From Thermoplasmatota archaeon (GTDB lineage Archaea > Thermoplasmatota > Penumbrarchaeia > Penumbrarchaeales > Penumbrarchaeaceae): a DNA stretch of 64,000 nt. Position 1 is the stretch's first letter. Each line of letters begins with the position of its first letter. A program made the translations under genes and the position numbers. The DNA is taken from positions 42,529 through 106,528 of the forward strand of contig JARVGK010000008.1 in the NCBI GenBank assembly GCA_029762535.1, in the 5' to 3' direction. A model generated the notes under the pieces. The model ran no database searches. It was not told where the DNA came from and saw only the letters and a program-made list of their open reading frames with translations. Of the stretch, positions 28,840 through 37,579 are shown in pieces.

Positions 28840-28955
28840 TTTTAACTATAAGCAATGTCAATTTAACAACGATAAAAGCTCACGAACAAATAAAAAAAGA
28901 GTACAATGGCTGGGAAAATCTATGATTTTTCGACAGTCCGGGAGCCGGGACCATT
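28823..28955 (+). repeat. 19-bp direct repeat of the tRNA-Tyr 3' end (att-like)
   Basis: TCCGGGAGCCGGGACCATT at 28823-28841 and again at 28937-28955. Confidence 0.9.
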
Positions 28956-28987
28956 CAAATTAGTGTGGAACCACATATGACCTTGTC

Positions 28988-29797
28988 TCAGGACCTGGTC
29001 AATGTGATGTTCCCAGCAGGCATGTTGAACGTCTTGTAATATATCTCGAACGACGATCCTTCAAGCACAGGTTGGATGTCCTTGATGAGGACCACATCTC
29101 CCGCTGATACATCCTGATAACGCGGATTCGAATCCACATATCTTATGGTCGCGTTCGGCGGGGCGGCCATGAGGGGGAAAACCCCACCCTCGAGTATAAC
29201 ATCCCCGTCTGGCGATCTTAAAACATATGAGAAATTCAGTATGTTCTCCTGAGAGGAGACGCTCTCGATCGTAACAGTGTAGTAAGGATCGCCAGGAAGG
29301 GGAGGAGGAATTATCGTGTAGCTGCAGGACATGTTGATATCAACGGGATCCTCCGAGGATCCAACATATATGGTCACGAGAAGTGTGTCCTTATCATACT
29401 TTTTCCCATCCGACACGTTGAGTGTGACTCGATATGTCATTGTCATCTCCGTCAATGGATATGTGTGCTCGACGACCACACCGATGTGGTCCGCGTCGTT
29501 GTCGTATATGCCGTCCCCGTTCGAGTCAACGGAATCGTCCACGTCCCATGAATAGCTAAGACTATCCCCGTCAGGATCGTTCGAGAGCGAGCCATCCAAT
29601 ACCACGGTCTCACCAGGGGAGATCACCCTGTCAAGCCCGGCACGGGCCGTCGGCCCTCTGTTCATATCATCGTCTTGAGCATCATCGTTATTGATCTCGG
29701 TTCCCTTTCGCAGGAAGAACCATGCTCCTGATGCTATCGCTATGATGACCAGAATAACAACGATGACCACGATCGGGTTTATCCGAGTCTGTACCAT
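28988..29797 (-). CDS. N-terminally anchored PKD-domain surface protein
   Basis: N-terminal TM helix; PTARAG..LDGSLSNDPDGDSLSYSWD...YRVTLNVSDG; DxNxDG loop. Confidence 0.82.
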   Translation of the reverse strand: MVQTRINPIVVIVVILVIIAIASGAWFFLRKGTEINNDDAQDDDMNRGPTARAGLDRVISPGETVVLDGSLSNDPDGDSLSYSWDVDDSVDSNGDGIYDNDADHIGVVVEHTYPLTEMTMTYRVTLNVSDGKKYDKDTLLVTIYVGSSEDPVDINMSCSYTIIPPPLPGDPYYTVTIESVSSQENILNFSYVLRSPDGDVILEGGVFPLMAAPPNATIRYVDSNPRYQDVSAGDVVLIKDIQPVLEGSSFEIYYKTFNMPAGNITLTRS

Positions 29798-29888
29798 GAT
29801 CGGTAAGGAGGTAAGGACGTACATAAATGTTCTTTTATTTCGAAGGTAAAAATTTGTATTATGAAAAATAAACCGATGATCAAAACTT

Positions 29889-29908
29889 GCCCGCCCTGCA
29901 GGGCGGGC
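29889..29908. terminator. Perfect 20-bp GC palindrome downstream of the small basic protein gene
   Basis: GCCCGCCCTGCAGGGCGGGC is its own reverse complement; followed by AAGTTTT on the minus strand. Confidence 0.6.
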
Positions 29909-29927
29909 CCGGCAAAGAATTAACGGA

Positions 29928-30149
29928 TCACTTCTTCTTCATTATCTTCATCCAGCCGTTGGATTCGTATATAGCGAGTCCCTTCTGCTTCAGAGCATGG
30001 TCGAAATCCGACCAGTCGATGACCTGAAGCCTCTTGTTGTTACCCTTCGTGAACTGGACACCGGTCGTTCCGGTGACCTTTCCGGGTTTCAGTCCCTTGG
30101 TCCTTGCGATGTTCTTCGCCTTTTCCACATCAATCATGGTCATAGCCAT
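29928..30149 (-). CDS. Small lysine-rich hypothetical protein (73 aa)
   Basis: GAGGGA RBS, TTTATATA box about 55 nt upstream, own terminator-like palindrome; protein-like composition. Confidence 0.8.
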   Translation of the reverse strand: MAMTMIDVEKAKNIARTKGLKPGKVTGTTGVQFTKGNNKRLQVIDWSDFDHALKQKGLAIYESNGWMKIMKKK

Positions 30150-30554
30150 TTTCATCCCTCGATGCAGGTCCCCATCGACCCACTCTCTAACATAATGCCA
30201 CCACTATATAAATAATTTATTGCCTGGCTCTTCATTTTTACCGCGAAAGGAGGTTTTTTATGGAATATTTTAGAGTCGGAATATCGATGGGAAGTGGAGA
30301 GTAACATCACCTACACGAACACATATGGATAGTAGACAACCTTCCCAATATTCCCAGTCTCGTTCGCCTATTCCATGCTGATGTATCCAATAACATTTTA
30401 CCATAATTATAATTAATCAATCAAAGAAATGTGATGCCAATAGCTTCGTATCAAAAAAATTAGTAAATTGCATGGTCCAACCTGTTACTCTTGAGCGATA
30501 ACTCTTAGGTAAGTTATTTGAAATGAATCGGCGATACCAGGCAAGGTGAACGAC

Positions 30555-31781
30555 ATGAAAGCATTGATATTAGCGGCCGGTCAGGGTACCAGAATGGGGC
30601 CCCTGACCGAGAACAGGCCCAAACCCATGCTCCCGGTCGCAGGGAAGTGCTTCCTGGAGCACACCCTTGTCGCTTTGAGGGATTCGGGAGTTCGTGAGGT
30701 ATACATCTTGACAGGTTATCACGGTGCAACTATAAAGGACCATTTCGGGAACGGAACATCCCTTTCCCTAGATATCGAATATCTTGTGCAGCCAAAGAGA
30801 CTTGGAACGGCCCATGCCGTGAGCATGGCCAAGGATGTGATGAACGAGCCTTTCTTGTGCATAAACGCCGACGTGATAGTTTCGGAGGGGCTCGTCAAAG
30901 GTCTGATGGGCTCGTACGAGGACGGGGGATTCGACGCGATGACCCTTGTCAAAGTGGACGACTGCTCGCGTTTCGGTCTTGTCGAGTCCAAAGGGGGCTT
31001 CGTTGAACGGATAATCGAGAAACCCGGCAACAAGATGGAAGGTCTGATCAACGGTGGGATCTACCTTTTCAACGAACATATATTCGATGCGATCGAGAGA
31101 ACACCGCTATCTTCGAGAGGTGAGTATGAGCTCACCCGCTCCATCGAGATCCTGATGTGTTCCAACAAGGTCAGGGCGTTCATCCCGGAGGTAGAGTGGG
31201 TGGACATCGGATCGCCCTGGGACCTGCTGGATGCGAACGGGATCTATATGGCGATGATGGAACCCAGTGTATCCGGCATCGTCGAGGAAAATGTCCATAT
31301 ACGGGGCAGGCTCCATCTCGGGAAGGATGCTCTGGTCAGATCCGGCACCTATATCGAGGGAGACGTGTTCATCGATGAGGGAGCGATCATAGGGCCGAAC
31401 TCCTACATAAGAGGTAGCACCTATATCGGAAAAAGATGCAAGGTCGGTGCCGGTTCCGAGGTGAAGAACTCGATAATAATGGAGGGCACTAGCGTCCCGC
31501 ATCATAACTACGTCGGTGATTCTGTGATCGGGTCAGGGTGTAATCTCGGTTCAGGGACGAAGATAGCCAACCTCAGGTTCGATCACGCCAGCGTTAAGGT
31601 CATACTCAACGATTCACGCATCGACACGGGCAGAAAGAAGCTTGGGGCGATAATCGGTGACGGTGTCAACACCGGTATCAACTCCTCTTTGGGGCCCGGT
31701 ACGGTCATATGTGGAGGGGCGAGCATAGGACCAGGAAAATATGTTAAGGGGACCATAGGCAGGAATGCGCTCGTTTTGTGA
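30555..31781 (+). CDS. glmU: Bifunctional sugar-1-phosphate nucleotidylyltransferase/acetyltransferase (archaeal GlmU-like)
   Basis: ILAAGQGTRMGPLT..PKPMLP, IEKP, RGEYEL, hexapeptide repeats, HHNYVGDS. Confidence 0.9.
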   Translation: MKALILAAGQGTRMGPLTENRPKPMLPVAGKCFLEHTLVALRDSGVREVYILTGYHGATIKDHFGNGTSLSLDIEYLVQPKRLGTAHAVSMAKDVMNEPFLCINADVIVSEGLVKGLMGSYEDGGFDAMTLVKVDDCSRFGLVESKGGFVERIIEKPGNKMEGLINGGIYLFNEHIFDAIERTPLSSRGEYELTRSIEILMCSNKVRAFIPEVEWVDIGSPWDLLDANGIYMAMMEPSVSGIVEENVHIRGRLHLGKDALVRSGTYIEGDVFIDEGAIIGPNSYIRGSTYIGKRCKVGAGSEVKNSIIMEGTSVPHHNYVGDSVIGSGCNLGSGTKIANLRFDHASVKVILNDSRIDTGRKKLGAIIGDGVNTGINSSLGPGTVICGGASIGPGKYVKGTIGRNALVL

Positions 31782-31792
31782 CGGGTGATCGA

Positions 31793-32650
31793 ATGAGAGC
31801 AATACTCGCCTGCACGGGGGACCCCGCATCATTGAACATACGCGATTGCCTTCTTTCTCTGGGTTCCTGGGATAGGGCTGGAAAAATCTGGAATAATGAT
31901 TCATACATAAGTGGAGAGGACCTGCTGTGCCTCAAAGATGGGTCCCATCTGGATTTTGACCTCGTCGACAGCGAACTACTTGAGCAGTTAATGAGGGCCC
32001 TCGAACCGGAAAAATTCGAGGGCCGTAAACTCGGGATTGACAACTTGGTATTCCTGAGCAAACACAGGTCGGAGAAGGGGGTTGATTCTCTTACCGTCCA
32101 TGCGCCTGGAAACTATTCAGAGGCCAGATACGGAGGCAGGCCCCATACCCTGCCTCCAAGCTCCCCTAGGGAGATGAGCGCTGCTTTGAGGTGCTTGCGA
32201 TCATCTGTCCTGAACGCGGGATTGGACGAAAATGTGAGCTTCGAGGTCACACATCATGGCCCCTATCTTTCGACGCCCTCTTTCTTCATTGAGATCGGGT
32301 CCGTCGAGGATAGATGGGTATCAAGAGAGCTTGGAGAGGTGATCGCTAGTTCGTTGCTTCAAAATGGAGATCGAGGTTGGGAATTGCCCATAGCGATAGG
32401 CATAGGCGGAGGCCATTACTCCCCCAGGTTCTCGGAGGCCGCCCTGCGGTCGATCGCGAATATGGGCCATATGATACCGGACCATCATATGACCGGATCG
32501 ACCAGTGACAGGGAGTTAGCAGGAATGGCCGTTTTATCCACGCCCGGATGCGAAGCGTACATCCTGCATGAGACCTCCAGGAACAGGGATGTCCTAAAGG
32601 GGATCGAACCCTATTTGAGGGAGTTGGGCCTTTCAAAGATAACATGCTGA
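31793..32650 (+). CDS. dtdA: D-aminoacyl-tRNA deacylase (archaeal DTD2)
   Basis: DPASLNI, FLSKHRS, LTVHAPGN, EVTHHGP, FIEIGS and GGGHY. Confidence 0.93.
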   Translation: MRAILACTGDPASLNIRDCLLSLGSWDRAGKIWNNDSYISGEDLLCLKDGSHLDFDLVDSELLEQLMRALEPEKFEGRKLGIDNLVFLSKHRSEKGVDSLTVHAPGNYSEARYGGRPHTLPPSSPREMSAALRCLRSSVLNAGLDENVSFEVTHHGPYLSTPSFFIEIGSVEDRWVSRELGEVIASSLLQNGDRGWELPIAIGIGGGHYSPRFSEAALRSIANMGHMIPDHHMTGSTSDRELAGMAVLSTPGCEAYILHETSRNRDVLKGIEPYLRELGLSKITC

Positions 32651-32652
32651 GA

Positions 32653-34311
32653 TCAGGATGACCTGATCATGAACGGGCCCTTTAGCGCATGACCAAGCTT
32701 CCTGTAATAGTCCCTCACTCCGATCCCGGAGTTGACGGCGAGCCTATCGCACCCCCACTCATTGGTAGCGATCTCCCAGGCCTCTTCCAGAAGACGTATG
32801 CCAAATCCTCTATGCTGCCAAAGGTCCTCTGACCTGCTACCTATCGGAACCATCGGTCCGAAGACCTTCAACTCGCGCACGAGTGCGGTCTCCCCGGCAA
32901 GCTCCGGCCTGTGAGGGGATCCGGGTCTTCTCAGCCTGAGAAAGGCTATAAGAGCTTCCCTTCCCGTTGTTTCGATCGAAAGGAACACCTCCTTCCCTCC
33001 CGAAGCCTCGTACTCCGTTCTTGAGACCTCATCGGAGTGCTTGATATGGGCCTCGTCCAATTTATCGAACATGTGTCCTATCTCGCGGCACCTTATACAT
33101 CGGCATTTCGCATGCCTTTCGACGAGCCTGCTAGAGGCGATCTGTCTGAGATTGCTCTTCTTCACGCCAGCTTCGACAAGGGGTCCGGGAATATCCCGCT
33201 GGACCCTTTGGATTCGGACCCACTCCGGTACGCTCTCCTTTATTCGGGATACCACCTCAGATGCCTCCTCCGTTGTGTAAGGTTCGTAATCCCCCCGCTT
33301 CCACATATCGTACAGTTCGGTCCCCTTGATTACCAGAGTCGGATATATCTTCAGCATATCGGGGCGGAAGAGTTCGTTCTCGAACAAGGCCCTACCCGTT
33401 GCAACATCCATCCGTGGGGTCGAACCTGGCATCCCTGGCATGATATGATAGCACACCTTCATTGCGGAATCCTTCAGCCTTCTTGTAGCATCCACGCTGT
33501 CCTTTACCGTATGGCCTCTCCTCGAGGCTCTGAGAGCGGCATCGTGGGCGCTCTGGAATCCCAGTTCCACCCTGGTACCACCGAGTTCGAGCAGCAGGTC
33601 AATGTCCTTCTCATGGCAGCGGTCCGGCCTGGTCTCGAAGGTTATCCCAACACATCTGCTAGGAGCTGACTCGTTCATTCTTTGAGCTTCTTCTACATTC
33701 GTGGATATGTGACCGTTCATTGCGTCCAGGCATCCCTTGACGAACGATCGCTGATAGTCCGGGTCCCTGCTGGTGAAGGTCCCTCCCATTACTATGAGCT
33801 CGACCTTGTCCGTGGAGTGGCCTATATAGGACAGTTGCTCCAGCCTGTTCATCGTCTGAAGCAGGGGGTCGTAATCGTTCTGAGCGCCCCTCATCGCGGC
33901 TGGTTCCCTCCCTGTGTATGATTGTGGACTGGGAGATCCTCCATCCGGGCCTCCGGGGCAGAATATACATTTTCCATGCGGGCAACCCTCAGGAGAGGTC
34001 ATGGCAGCCACAACCGCGACCCCCGAGATCGTCCTGGATGGCTTCTTTAAAAGCAGGGACAGCGAGGACCGCCTCTGTTCCGGGAATTCCATCGATATCA
34101 GGTCGAGCAACATGGAGTTCCTGGGGATCTCCTTTAAGGCGTTCACCTTCACAACCTCAAGCTTTCTCCTCTGCAGTGCGTCCTGGTCCATTATCTCTCC
34201 TGATATTATCTCCTTGACGAGGTCCCGGACCGCCCTGAAAAGCACAGGATCGGACCTCCACATGTCCCTTTTCATCCCGTGATGCTCCTCTTTAAGTTGG
34301 GGTTCGCCCAT
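32653..34311 (-). CDS. elp3: Elp3 tRNA U34 acetyltransferase (radical SAM plus KAT); start may be 34275
   Basis: RTISGVAVVA, CPHGKCIFCPGG, QSYTG, ETRPD, RVQRDIP, CRCIRCRE and QHRGFG. Confidence 0.95.
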   Translation of the reverse strand: MGEPQLKEEHHGMKRDMWRSDPVLFRAVRDLVKEIISGEIMDQDALQRRKLEVVKVNALKEIPRNSMLLDLISMEFPEQRRSSLSLLLKKPSRTISGVAVVAAMTSPEGCPHGKCIFCPGGPDGGSPSPQSYTGREPAAMRGAQNDYDPLLQTMNRLEQLSYIGHSTDKVELIVMGGTFTSRDPDYQRSFVKGCLDAMNGHISTNVEEAQRMNESAPSRCVGITFETRPDRCHEKDIDLLLELGGTRVELGFQSAHDAALRASRRGHTVKDSVDATRRLKDSAMKVCYHIMPGMPGSTPRMDVATGRALFENELFRPDMLKIYPTLVIKGTELYDMWKRGDYEPYTTEEASEVVSRIKESVPEWVRIQRVQRDIPGPLVEAGVKKSNLRQIASSRLVERHAKCRCIRCREIGHMFDKLDEAHIKHSDEVSRTEYEASGGKEVFLSIETTGREALIAFLRLRRPGSPHRPELAGETALVRELKVFGPMVPIGSRSEDLWQHRGFGIRLLEEAWEIATNEWGCDRLAVNSGIGVRDYYRKLGHALKGPFMIRSS

Positions 34312-34429
34312 TATGATCGAACGGGCTTATGAACGCTATGCTATTATTGATTTCCCGAAAGGGCTGCCCGTTAATCTTACCCGGCAAAACGTATTTGTCC
34401 TAATAGGACTTCACCCCCTCGGTGATAAC

Positions 34430-35728
34430 GTGCCCCTTGATATGCCGCAGAACGAGGATGTCAGGTTCATATATGATAACGTGAAGAAGCACACGGATTG
34501 GTTCAGGGATTCCCTCTGCCTCATCGCATCGGAGAACCTCGTATCTCCACTGGCAAGGCAGCTGCAGGTGTCGGATCTGACGGACAGGTATGCCGAAGGC
34601 CTTCCTGGAAAACGCTACTACCAGGGCAACATCTATGTGGATGAGATCGAGACCAGGGTGGAGGCGATCGCCAAGAGGCTGTTCAGGTCCCCTGAAGCAG
34701 ACGTCAGGCCCATATCCGGGACGAATGCGAACATTGCAGCCTTCTACGCGCTGACCGAACCTGGTGACCTCTACGCTGCCCCTCATCTGAACGATGGCGC
34801 GCACATATCGTCCGCCAAGTTCGGAGCGGGCGGACTGCGCGGTGCCAACGAGATCACATACCTATGGGACAAGGAGAATATGAACATCGACGTGGATGGG
34901 ACCAAGAAGATGCTGCTCGAGAAAAGGCCCAAGATGTGCCTGTTCGGGAGGTCCGTCTTCCTATTTCCCACGCCCTTGAAGGAGCTGAGCGATACGCTGC
35001 AGGAGCTGGGATGTCACGTATGGTATGATGGTGCCCATGTTCTGGGCCTTATAGCCGGAGGAAGATTCCAAGACCCTCTTCGCGAAGGGGCCCACATAAT
35101 CACCGGATCCACCCACAAGACCCTACCCGGTCCACAAGGAGGGGTCATATTAGGGAACCCCCGTGACGATGAGCAGTGGAAGAACATACGCAGAAGGGTA
35201 TTTCCCGGAACCCATTCATCCCATCATCTAATGACCATGGCCGCGAAGGGAATAGCCTTCGCCGAGCACATCGAGTTCGGCAGCCAGTATGCCGACCGGA
35301 TATTGAAGAACGCCAGAGCCCTTGCCCAGGCCCTCCATGAGAGAGGGTTCACGGTGTTGGGTGAGAGGCTGGGATTCACAAGGTCGCATGTAATGGTCCT
35401 CGACGTAAGGGAACAGGGAGGGGGTGCTTCGTGCGCCCTTGACCTTGAGAACGCCAATATCATATCGAACAAGAACCTCATACCGGACGATCCAGGGACC
35501 TCGATGAGGCCGTCCGGACTAAGGCTGGGTGTTCAGGAACTCACCAGAATAGGCATGGTGGAATCCAACATGTCCGAGGTCGCCCAGCTTATGAAGAGGG
35601 TGCTGATCGATAAAGAGGATCCCTACAAGGTCAAGGAGGACGTGATTGCGCTCAAATCCAACTTCCAGCACATACATTTTTGCCTCTCGAAAGGGATCGA
35701 GGCCTACCGAAACTGGATGATAGAATAG
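34430..35728 (+). CDS. glyA: Serine hydroxymethyltransferase (archaeal type)
   Basis: LIASEN, YAEGLPGKRYYQG, STHKTLPGPQGG and SGLRLG; GGTGA RBS before GTG at 34430. Confidence 0.95.
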   Translation: MPLDMPQNEDVRFIYDNVKKHTDWFRDSLCLIASENLVSPLARQLQVSDLTDRYAEGLPGKRYYQGNIYVDEIETRVEAIAKRLFRSPEADVRPISGTNANIAAFYALTEPGDLYAAPHLNDGAHISSAKFGAGGLRGANEITYLWDKENMNIDVDGTKKMLLEKRPKMCLFGRSVFLFPTPLKELSDTLQELGCHVWYDGAHVLGLIAGGRFQDPLREGAHIITGSTHKTLPGPQGGVILGNPRDDEQWKNIRRRVFPGTHSSHHLMTMAAKGIAFAEHIEFGSQYADRILKNARALAQALHERGFTVLGERLGFTRSHVMVLDVREQGGGASCALDLENANIISNKNLIPDDPGTSMRPSGLRLGVQELTRIGMVESNMSEVAQLMKRVLIDKEDPYKVKEDVIALKSNFQHIHFCLSKGIEAYRNWMIE

Positions 35729-35738
35729 GCATAGGGAC

Positions 35739-36044
35739 GTGGCTCGTATGGATTACTTGATAATATCTCTGGCTAAGGACAAGGGAGCGGCTCTTGGAAA
35801 ACTCGTACAGGACGACCTTGTATCAAGGCAGACCCTCAATATAAGGGAGGCAAAAGGCCTGGGCATCGAAAAGGACGAGACATATATACTGATCGAGGGA
35901 TCTGACGAGGCGCTCAGGAAGGCAGTGGAACTTATTTCCGAAGAGGGTACCGTCCTTTCATCTCCGGAGAAGGAGAGGATCAGGGACCTTCTAAGAAAGG
36001 CCGATGAGGAGGTCGCCGAGGGATTGGGACTGATGTTCGGATGA
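35739..36044 (+). CDS. Small hypothetical protein with P-stalk-like C-terminus
   Basis: 10 nt downstream of glyA; alternating beta/alpha pattern; ends DEEVAEGLGLMFG. Confidence 0.8.
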   Translation: MARMDYLIISLAKDKGAALGKLVQDDLVSRQTLNIREAKGLGIEKDETYILIEGSDEALRKAVELISEEGTVLSSPEKERIRDLLRKADEEVAEGLGLMFG

Positions 36045-36081
36045 AACTCGACCGTTAAGGATCGGATCCCTTTTGGCATGA

Positions 36082-37350
36082 TCAATTCGAGCGGTTCAAT
36101 CTTCCCTCGCAGTAACTCATACCCTCGATGGCCGCTACGTTGTCAGGGTCGATCTGGACGACTTTGCTGTAGCATTCGAGTGCCGTCCCGTAATCGCCCA
36201 TCCTCTCCAGAATGACCGCGGTGTTGTGCCAGGCGGTCGGAGATCCCTCGTTAATCCTGATGGATTCGTCCAGGCAGTTCAGCGCATCCCTGAGCCTGCC
36301 CATCTTCGTCAATATGACGGCCTTGTTGTTCCATGCCTCTTCGTTATATGGGTCCTTATCAATGGCCCTATCGAGATGCTTTATGGAAGCATCGACATCG
36401 CCGATCCCTGACAGCGCGATCGAATAATTGATGTTCAGCTCGGGAGAATCGGGTTCTATGGCAAGGGCATCGCGGTAGCATTCCACTGATTCCGATAACC
36501 TGTCCATGTTGTATAGTATGACCCCTTTCTCGTTGAGCAGAGTGGTCGATCGTGGATCCTCTTCAAGGAGCTTCTGGACCATATCCATCGCGCCTATCAT
36601 GTCCCCGGCCTCCATAAGGGACCTCAGGTCCAATACCGTACCTTGGGACGCTTTTATCGTTACAGGTGGAGGTTCTAACTGAGCTTCCTCGGTCATCCGG
36701 GCAGTTTCCGGATTGACACCTTCTATGCCTTCTTCGATGTCCTCGATGACCTCATCCAGCTCCGGCAGGTCCTCAACCGAGAATTCATCTTCGGCCTCAT
36801 CCTTTGTAGTCTGATCCGCTTTCGGTCCTGTCAAATCACCGGTCGCATCCTGATCGCTCCGATCATGAGGTGGTACGGTGATCACTTCGTCCCCGCCCTC
36901 GAGGACGACGGTCGGGTTCCTCTCCATGAGAGCGATGGCGCCCGGTCCTTCTATGACATCCATATCAGAAGTTCTTCTCGAGGGAGACGTTTCGGATCCG
37001 GAGACATAGCTCTTGAACATGTCCTTCAGCTCGTTCTGGAGGCCTCCATGTTCCTTCTCCCAGTCCTCCTTATCCGTCCAGACCTGTCTTGCCTCTTCCC
37101 TTTTACGAAGGGTTTCCATCATATGCATATGTTCTTCCGGAGATATTCCGAGATGCTCCCGTATCTCCTCGAGCATCTGGGCGATCATCGGGTCCTTGCT
37201 TCCCGATTGGATATATTTCTTCATTAGCGATCCGTAGAACTCGAAATTGCTGCCCTCAGGCTCGACCTCTGTGGTCCTTTCTTCCCTTTTCTCTTTTTTG
37301 AAGAGTGCACTGATGCCCCTTCCCAGTGCTTTGTTGTTCTTTTCGGCCAT
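36082..37350 (-). CDS. TPR protein with ParB-like N-terminal peptide and acidic linker
   Basis: GGTGAGGAG RBS before ATG at 37350 (MAEKNNKALGRGISALF); about 5 C-terminal TPRs (AWNNKA, AWHNTA). Confidence 0.85.
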   Translation of the reverse strand: MAEKNNKALGRGISALFKKEKREERTTEVEPEGSNFEFYGSLMKKYIQSGSKDPMIAQMLEEIREHLGISPEEHMHMMETLRKREEARQVWTDKEDWEKEHGGLQNELKDMFKSYVSGSETSPSRRTSDMDVIEGPGAIALMERNPTVVLEGGDEVITVPPHDRSDQDATGDLTGPKADQTTKDEAEDEFSVEDLPELDEVIEDIEEGIEGVNPETARMTEEAQLEPPPVTIKASQGTVLDLRSLMEAGDMIGAMDMVQKLLEEDPRSTTLLNEKGVILYNMDRLSESVECYRDALAIEPDSPELNINYSIALSGIGDVDASIKHLDRAIDKDPYNEEAWNNKAVILTKMGRLRDALNCLDESIRINEGSPTAWHNTAVILERMGDYGTALECYSKVVQIDPDNVAAIEGMSYCEGRLNRSN

Positions 37351-37579
37351 CTCCTCACCGGTCGACTCCCTGAAATCCGTTGGCTCAACCGTATATACAT
37401 TAATAATGATTTTGATTGCGGTCAGCCTTTTCATGGATCGGATCGACCCTCTACCCGAATTATCGACACTTTCGGCCATCCCCCGGCTAGACAGTTTATT
37501 AAAACCGTTATCACAATAGGCCCATGGAGGGATCTCCACGACAGGCGAAGACAAGAAAGCGCCAGAAGACGAAACAGAT

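Noticed and set aside
28763-28963. 66-aa ORF over the tRNA intron and repeat
   Set aside because: Overlaps tRNA-Tyr; no RBS and no integrase-like motif
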